NCBI GenBank assembly: GCA_024704765.1
Contig: JAKMXF010000066.1
Span: 1 to 64,000, forward strand
DNA from: Oopsacas minuta
Taxonomy: Eukaryota; Animalia; Porifera
DNA length: 64,000 bases
Direction: 5' to 3'
Shown: piece after piece, positions 55,546 through 64,000 of the stretch
Numbering within the stretch: position 1 is the first letter of the stretch
Layout: every line of letters starts with the position of its first letter
The notes under the pieces: model-generated
What the model saw: the letters and a program-made list of their open reading frames with translations, nothing else
What the model was told of the DNA's origin: nothing
Database searches by the model: none
Translations under genes and position numbers: made by a program

Positions 55546-58500
55546 TTATACTTGAAATGTGTGTATATATTCGAAAGATCTTCATTTATCAATTTCTCAC
55601 ATTTACAGACGAACTCACTATATATATATTGTTACTATCTCTACGAACTATTCTGCCGTGTCACTGTGTATAATTGCTATTGCTGTTAATTATAGTTATT
55701 TCTTGGTTACCTGTGTTTCTGTGGATAAGTTGTGCCATCACGATGCCAGGCCAGTAGCAGGCACAATTTAATTGGTCAGGTTATGACTGTCTATGACTTT
55801 TTGATACCCTCTAAAGTTGTTTATGTTTGTCATACGCATTCACTGACTAAGAATCTAATTTTGGTCCAATTGGGAAACCTAACGAAGCGTATCATCTCGT
55901 ACGGCCTTGGATAGCGAACATATGAAACAAATTTAAGTTGAACTTTGTTACACTTTTTGTCTATTCAATAGTAAATAAACATTATGGTAGATACTAATAG
56001 GCAAGAATATTTGGTAGCTAATATACACAAATTGACAATACACACGCTGGCTGCATATTATTGTTATTAATTTGGGCATTTACTAATCCAGCATTTTGAA
56101 ATCGTTAATACAGTCAACATCCTGTAAATCGAACATTCGCTATCTTGAGCAGATTATTAGGATTCGATATGGATGTTTTTTATTGCATTTGTGAAAAGAT
56201 CACAAAAAAACTGACTAAGAAGTATAATTTCAGGTCTTAATCATTTGAAAAAGTGTCGTAGGGAATTGGGACCTTAAATGGAGACCATCCTGTAACTCGT
56301 ACATATGCTATCTCGAACGGATTTTCATTCCCTCTCGGGTTCGAGTTCCCGTATGTTGACTGTATACGCAAGAGGACAAAATGAGTCGAACAGATTTTCA
56401 TTTGTTTACACCCTCAGATAGAAAAATACTTGATAGAAAGTAACCTCTTCCATGTTCTCTCCTCTCTATGCTCCAGTATGGATTTGTTGTCCTGAATGAG
56501 AGAAATATTATTAAGAAAGGAGACTGTTGCCGAAATTCGAAATGTAATTGACTCACCTACGTGGATCACCGTCGATAATTGAATTCACAGATCCCCTATA
56601 GCCAGGGGCCAGGACCGTCACGTGTAGCTTTCCATTCATCCTCCTAGGGCAGTAAGGGAACATATTGATGAGCGATTTTGGCGCCCCCATTCATGGTAAA
56701 TACACTTGACCTGGGCCCATTTGACACCCCCCTACGAGGCTGCGCCTAGGAAACGTGCCATAATCAGGCGCTGCCCACGCCCTTAATTAATCCCGGCCCT
56801 GCACTCTTCACTATTTATGTCCATTTTCCAGACTATTAACCAAATGTAATTAATCCTTCACTTTTAAGGACAATTGAAAAAATGGTAATAACACTGACGA
56901 AATTAAGAAGACGAAAATAGCTTAATAGAATGAAGAAAATCTGTGATGACTATCAATGCTTGTGTATGTTAAGAACTTAGGATGCACTTGATATGATTAT
57001 TAAAAGTTGATTGGTATATGTATATAAGTGGTACTCTACCTAAGGGTAAATTCTCCCAATCGATCGGGTAATTAAACTCTTATAAGTTAGGTAATACTAT
57101 AGCTAGACAAAACACATGGTTACCTATATTCCTATATAAGTTCCGGAGCTTATATATTTCGCAGAAGTGAAACTCCATTAATTGTCCTTATGTTTTCATT
57201 TCAATAACAGCTCTAAGTGCTTGCATGTTGCACATTTTCATAATTTGAATGATTAAGGTCATTTAGCACAATTTCCAGATGTCGATACTCTTAAATACTC
57301 AAAACATAAGTATGCTGTTATGGAATGATATCCGCGTTACTTATTAAACAGGAAATTTAATAATTTAATTAAGCAATTTTGATAGTTTAAATATAACGAT
57401 AAATTAATACGGAATAATATATATATGATATGGTTTGAGGTCCTACAATTACCGAATATCTAGCAAACATATTAGAAGAATATATATAAGGCAAAATTCG
57501 TGTTTCTTTAAATATGCTCGTATCTCCTTACTTGTGTGTATCACTTGTTGAATCTGTTTCGATTTCCTGGAAGTCGCTGGCTGGATAAGAGACTAAAAGA
57601 AATTTGCAAACCAAATATATATAATATAATAATTAAGATATAACAAACGATTCATTCGTCTATATCACTGCTATATGATTGAAATAGAAACTGTCATAGA
57701 GATCGAATCAGAACTCGTGATTGTGCAAGTCATATTTTCAAGCTCAAGGACAAAGATCTATTATTGATTGGGATTAGATGGAGTTACAGTTTTCTCTTTC
57801 TGATCTATTTATTCTCTCTAAAAACAGGCAGCAACAGCTCTGACTGAGGGGGTGAGACAAGAATTGAGAGAAAGATATCTCAAATAATGCTGAGTCATAT
57901 CACTCCTGGTCTTGTGTCCACAGATTTTGTGTTAGATACTGTAAAAATGAAAAGATAGCTGAAGAGTAGTATTTTTATCGATAGTTACTTGGAATCTCAG
58001 GCTGTAACTGAGGCTGTAATTTCCCTGTTGAGCACTCCAGAATACTTGTTGCATGTAAACGACATTATTACGCTCCCTACGACCTTCTCTATAATAATAA
58101 AATAGCAGTATCTATAGAAGAATGAATAGAATGCTATATTTTATTTATTGTGTAATGAATATTGCATATTTTAGATTACAAATTCCTTTTCAGCAAAATC
58201 AATTACTTCAGTTACGATTTGAGTGAGTATTACTTAGCTATATTTATTCAGGATAATTAAATGCAAGTCTATGTGTATTTTAATATGATACAATACCTCA
58301 TTACTCACTATCAAACCATAACTAAATAAGATCCTCTATGATATAATATAAATGTAGAGGCATCATTCTACTAAATGAAAATATTTATTGGGAATTCTAT
58401 ACACTAAGGCAGGAAGTGATCTTCAAGTATATTAATCAAAGGGCCATATTCAATCGACTAAACAATCATGAGGGCTAAGCAACCAATGCAGAGAATCTTT

Positions 58501-59683
58501 TTTCCACATCATCTTATGCAACCAATTATATAAAAGTAATAAATATCCACTATACAAATTTCACACAAATATAGGGTTTAATGCATGAGTAGGATATATT
58601 TAATCATGAACTATACACAGTATACTCTCGTTAATCGGAGAGACATTTGTGTACAGATTTCTGTATACTATGTAAAGATTAAGATCTGTCTATATATTTT
58701 ATAATTTACAGGTATTATAGTTTCTTTTAATTAATAAAATCAAATTTTTCCTTCAATATATGTACATAGCTTACACTAATACTATAATTGATGTATTATT
58801 CTTTGTAATAATTACAAGTCATTTACTTGCTTTCGGTTGTACGTGGATTATTGAGTATATATTAACGTTCTTCAATACTGAATTGAATGGAAAATGAATG
58901 AGAATAATAACGAAAGTAGCTTAGAAACAAATGGAAATTCGACAAAGTATCACTATTCGATACCCAAAGCGTATACTATTACTAATTCGTGGTGTTATTT
59001 CTAATAAACACCAATGTGTCCAAATTGGTGCACCTTCAAATTCTCGAAATCTAACGTGGCCCACTGCCATGTAGCCAAAGAATAACAATATCAGTTCAGT
59101 TAAGAATGTACAATAGTAATGTGTAGCATTACGAACATCAGATTGCTATTGTTACATATAATTTCTTCCGCTTCCTAATTAGGTAGACGTGATATAATAT
59201 AATGGAAACCAATTTTTGGAGTGTGATAAATTCGTTTGAGAATCCCTAATTGTGACGAAAGTATACAAATTCTGTAAATTCACAGATTTATTAGCAAATA
59301 TCCAAATACTTTATGAAATATATTTTTATATTTTAAGGAAACGTAAGGCTATAAGGAGATTATCTTAGAAGGCAGTATAGGATTTAGGAGTGTTCGGAGT
59401 GTGCGGCCGAACAAGGCCCCCACATTTAGGGGCCCGGATAATTTGATTAACAAATATGCAACTGTGCCAGTTTTGGCATACAATAGTCCCTCTTTTGTAC
59501 CCACATAATGTCCCAACGGTCTAATTTGTACCCCTATATCCATAATTGCATTTTATTATATTCCTGTATCAGGAACATAATTTGAGGTTAACGGTGAGGA
59601 GAGCTACTACGGATTACAGTAGTCAGTATTATCTGATGTATATTAGTAATTCTATATTCATTATAGCATTTGTATATTGAATA

Positions 59684-61331
59684 ATGGCAGAGAAGTTAAC
59701 AGACTCAGAAGGGAGAGAGGACTTGGTCTACATAAAGACAGAGGATGGTAGCTACAGAGGCTGGAGGGTTGATTTGTTGATAGACAACTTATCAAGCAAA
59801 ATGGAAGAGAAAATATTGTTATGTAGCAGTTGTAAGGGAATGTTAAGAGATGCTTGTTTCTATGAGGGAGATTTGAAGTGTGGTGTGTGCATTCCTGAGG
59901 GTGTAGCATGGCAACCAGTAAAGATGAACCGTGAAATTGTCTCTGATAAAATGGTAGTTTATTTGTTGTTATTTCCAAGTGTTTGTTTGTGTTTACAAAT
60001 GAGTTATTTATTTGTAGATTAGTTGTCCCGTGAAAAAGAGAGGGTGTGAATGGAGTGACACAGTGAGTACAGTAATGCACCACCTGGAGAAATGTGAGTT
60101 CTTTCCTGTACTGTGTCCTCTGGGGTGTGTCTGTCTAGATGGAGAGAGGAAGGGGAAAGTTATGAAACTGGAGAGGAAACTGATTCCAAAACACCAGAGA
60201 GACTCGTGTCCATTAAGAGAACTGGTGTGTGAATTCTGTATGAATACAGTGAAGGGCTGTGAGATGAATCCTCATTTGGAGATATGTGAGCACTTTCCAT
60301 TACTTTGTCCTAATAGATGTGTGATAGAAGGAGAGGAAGGGACCAGACAAGTAAAGAGGAGAGATGTTTCTGTCCATCTAGCTAACGAGTGTCCTCTACA
60401 GAAAGTAGAGTGTCCTTATTGGATCTATGGGTGTAGAGAGGAGATGGAGAGGAAAGAGATGAATCTTCATGAAAGAGAATTCTTGCATATTCACCACAGA
60501 TTATCTATTACTGATATGAAACAGAAACAAATTCAAATGTCTAAAGATAATAAACTACTCGAAGAGAAACTTGATACAGCAACCGAGAGAATAGTACTAG
60601 TCGAAAAAAATTTTGAAAGTAAGAGCAGGGAGTTATTGACATTCAAACAAAATCAAATAGAAACTTCTAAACAGACTATTGATAAACTGGAAATAGCAAC
60701 TAAGAAGATTGCTTTCCTACAAAATGAAAATGAAAGTAAAATCAAAGAGCTATCAAAAGTTAAACATATGGAAGATAAACTGGACACAGCAAATATCAAA
60801 ATCGAGAATTTAGAGAAACAAATTTCTAAGAAAGATTCAGAACTGAAATCAATTATTGAAGTACTCTATTCTCATATATCTCTAGCTACAGGACAATTGG
60901 AATGGAAGATTAAAGGTGTTAAACAGAAGATAGAAAACAAAGAGTCTAGTTACGGTGATCCATTCTATGTAGGTTTATACAAGTGTCAGGGGAATATTGA
61001 ATGGAATTATGATAATACGGGTAAAGTAGTTGTTGCCATTTGTATTGTGAAAGGAGCTTATGATGATAAACTACACTGGCCTATAATATACAAATATACG
61101 TTTATTCTACTCTGTCACATTAACAGTTATTATAATTATGAAATCACTAAACAAGTAACTAAGGAAGATTTGGAGAAATATCCTAATAGCTTAAAGAGAC
61201 CTACTGAGATGAGAAATGATGGTTTAGGAACTCGTTCATTAATTTCAAACACTGAAATATTAGAAGCTAAATATTGTAAAGAAGACAGCATAACTCTTCT
61301 AATTAAAATAGAATTGTTACCAGCATTATAA
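59684..61331 (+). CDS. TRAF-like protein, 527 aa; exons 59684-59953 and 60018-61331
   Basis: A 64-bp GT-AG phase-0 intron joins ...VSDKM to ISCPVKKRGCEW. Degenerate RING, TRAF zinc fingers, coiled coil, MATH domain (LEWKI...DPFY...KGAYDDKLHWP...KRP). Confidence 0.92.
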
Positions 61332-63166
61332 CTTATTTCTATTTTTGTTTACTATTTACTCAGAACGTATTTACCAGAACTTAGTATAGATTGTTAGTAA
61401 TGCTTTATACAATTGTTTCACCTATTTGAGTATTAACTTTTTCCATTTCTTTGCCCCATAGCTCCATTACCTGTCGTCTGGTACCAGTATGAACCTCCAT
61501 TAATACTGGTACACATTAAACGCCTGTGGCATCAAGTTCCTCTATATGATAGTACACAGTTACCTCCCGTTACATCTACGGACTGCTAAAATTCCTTTGA
61601 TATATGTGGAGTTGATTGTACAATATGAATATTTGTATATTTTGTTAATTAGCAGGGAAGAATTATTCATAACTTCTATGGGAAGATTACAAATGGTGAT
61701 AAGATGGAGTAAATTCTCCCTAACAATAATTCTATCAACTTTACTAATAATATTCCTTTTCTACAGTAATATCCTTCCTTCTCATAGAACAGATAACAAT
61801 TACATTATCCCTACACAAACACACTTATCTAGGAATAGTATCAGAACAGCTTTTCCCGCTAAGAACCATTATTCTATTACAGTGATTCTCAACGGGGTCC
61901 ACTTGGCTCCCCTAGGTTGGAATTTCATGTCCATCGGGAGGAATTTTGGCCAGGGGATGAATTGGGGAGGATTATGTTTAAGGATTATCCACCAGGTCTA
62001 ATGGGTCACTGAACACTCAAAATAGGTTCGCCTAGTCAATGAATTTCGACTTGACCGGTTCATAACTTGGACAAATATTTATATTATGATTAAAGCTCGA
62101 TTTTTTTATTTAATTTCTAAGAATCAGGCCAAAGGTTCTCAATGAAATTGTATAATCCGAATCGATAATAGATTCTAATCTTGGATATTCGTAAGATAAT
62201 CACTCTATTATTTAGAGCTAACAGGATTAGTGATTTTCTACTGCGGCCTGATCCGGATATCCGGTGACCCGGCCGGATATCCTGGTAGAATTGTATTACA
62301 TAATATTTCAGATCAAGGTGTATAAATTAGATTATCTGTTGGAGATCGGGCTTCTTCACTGCTAGGTTCTGTAATAGTATATACTCAAGTACACTACACA
62401 TTGATATGTATTCATTTGTGAATATTTAAGTGACATCATATTTGGGTTATCGTATTTATTGTATTATATTTCATTTTATGTATTCCATATTCCATATGAG
62501 CGAAATTTGGTCGTTGTTCTCAATTTGTAAACAATTTTGGAAGAAAGACGCAGCTCTCTTCTCCCAGAAAATGGGGAGCGATTAATATTCATTCAGAAGA
62601 ACTTGGGGATCGCTAAGGGAGGAATGTCAGAACGTTATCATGACAGATATGGAACAACACCATTACATTCGGACACTAAGAGGCAGGGGATTTGAAAAGA
62701 ATGATGTAACATGTGGATGTAATAAACCTCATAGTTCTTGTTCAAGTTCTGAAGTGTAAGTATAAATATTTTTGAGTTTATTATTTCACAAGAATATATT
62801 ATATTTTATTAATTAGTTCCATATTATAACAAAACCCATGAAATATGATCTGTGTTACCATTATTGTGACGAAAGTATACAAATTCTGTAAATTCACAGA
62901 ATTACTAGCAAATATCCAAATACTTTATGAAATATTTTTAAGGTAAGGTAGGTTATAAGGAGATTATCATAGCAGGGCAGATATGAAGGGTATAGACCCG
63001 TATTGTACAGGTTACCTATAAATTCCAGACCCTAAGCTATTTAGTTGTACTGTGGTATAATGAGGAATATAATATTAGTATTTGTAGTATTTGTAGGCAC
63101 AATTATAGAATATATCTGATGTATATTAGTAATTCTATATTCATTATAACATTTGTATATTGTATA

Positions 63167-64000
63167 ATGGCAGAGAAGTTAACAGACTCAGAAGGGAGAA
63201 ATGACTTGGTCTACATAAAGACAGAGGATGGTAGCTACAGAGGCTGGAGGGTTGATTTGTTGGTAGATAACTTATCCAACAAAATGGAAGAGAAAATATT
63301 GTTATGTAGCAGTTGTCAAGGAATGTTAAGAGATGCTTGTATCTATGAGGGAGATTTGAAGTGTGGTGTGTGCGTTCCTGAGGATGTAGCATGGCAACCA
63401 GTAAAGATGAACCGTGAAATTGTCTCTGATAAAATGGTAGTTTATTTGTTGTTATTTCCAAGTGTTTGTTTGTGTTTACAAATGAGTTATTTATTTGTAG
63501 ATTAGTTGTCCCCTGAGGAAGAGAGGGTGTGAATGGAGTGACAGAGTGAGTACAGTAATGTACCACCTGGAAGAATGTGAGTTCTTTCCTGTACTGTGTC
63601 CTCTGGGGTGTGTCTGTCTTGATGGAGAGAGGAAGGGGGAAGTTATGAAGCTGGAAAAGAGACGGATTGCAGAACACCAGAGAGATTCGTGTCGCTTAAG
63701 AGAACTGGTGTGTGAATTCTGTATGAATACAGTGAAGGGCTGTGAGATGAATCCTCATTTGGAAGTCTGTGAGCACTTTCCAGTTCCTTGTCCTAATGAA
63801 TGTGTGATAGAAGGAGAGGAAGGGGCCAGACATGTGAAGAGGAGAGATGTTCCTGTCCATCTATCTAATGAGTGTCCTCAGCAGAAAGTAGAGTGTCCTT
63901 ATTGGATCTATGGATGTAGAGAGGAGATGGAGAGGAAAGAGATGGATCTTCATGAAAGAGAATTCATGCACATTCATTACAGACTATCCATGACTGATAT
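63167..64000 (+). CDS. Tandem TRAF-like paralogue, cut by window end; exons 63167-63436 and 63501 to >64000
   Basis: Highly similar to 59684-60520 with the same 64-bp intron (63437-63500); the frame is open to the window end. Confidence 0.92.

Noticed and set aside
57700-58100. Coding-like segment downstream of the coiled-coil gene
   Set aside because: All frames are interrupted and nothing is recognisable.
59661-60083. Antisense ORFs conserved in both TRAF copies (59661-60083 and 63144-63677)
   Set aside because: They are shadows of the duplicated sense coding sequence; conservation is explained by the duplication, and there is no domain signal.

Overview
AT-rich, gene-dense, intron-poor eukaryotic (animal) genomic DNA, not prokaryotic. 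The gene style (TRAF/MATH paralogues, NHL-repeat genes, VLIG GTPase, mostly single-exon housekeeping genes) is what I would expect from a glass sponge such as Oopsacas; this taxon call is inference. Intact genes: HELZ-like SF1 helicase, GVIN/URGCP-type very large GTPase, SLC33A1, WBP11, an atypical ARL3-like GTPase, a PAQR protein, an orphan 7TM protein, a SPO11 homologue, one or two long coiled-coil genes and two tandem TRAF-like genes (one cut by the window end). Broken genes: a TRAF-like pseudogene with a transmembrane helix, an NHL-repeat gene split by a 2410-bp hAT transposon (perfect TIRs and TSD), and a second NHL relic. Intergenic DNA is full of hAT, Tc1/pogo and Helitron-like elements. 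Best leads: (1) the SPO11 carries SPO11-2-type signatures, a paralogue classically described as absent from animals; (2) a TRAF-like gene with a membrane anchor between its zinc fingers and MATH domain, in a family with half-RINGs and modular stalks; (3) phase-matched splice sites suggesting that SPO11 and the 7TM gene are nested in a 9.6-kb intron of one 1300-aa coiled-coil gene. No rRNA, tRNA or CRISPR array was seen. All homology calls are by motif recognition; no searches were run.
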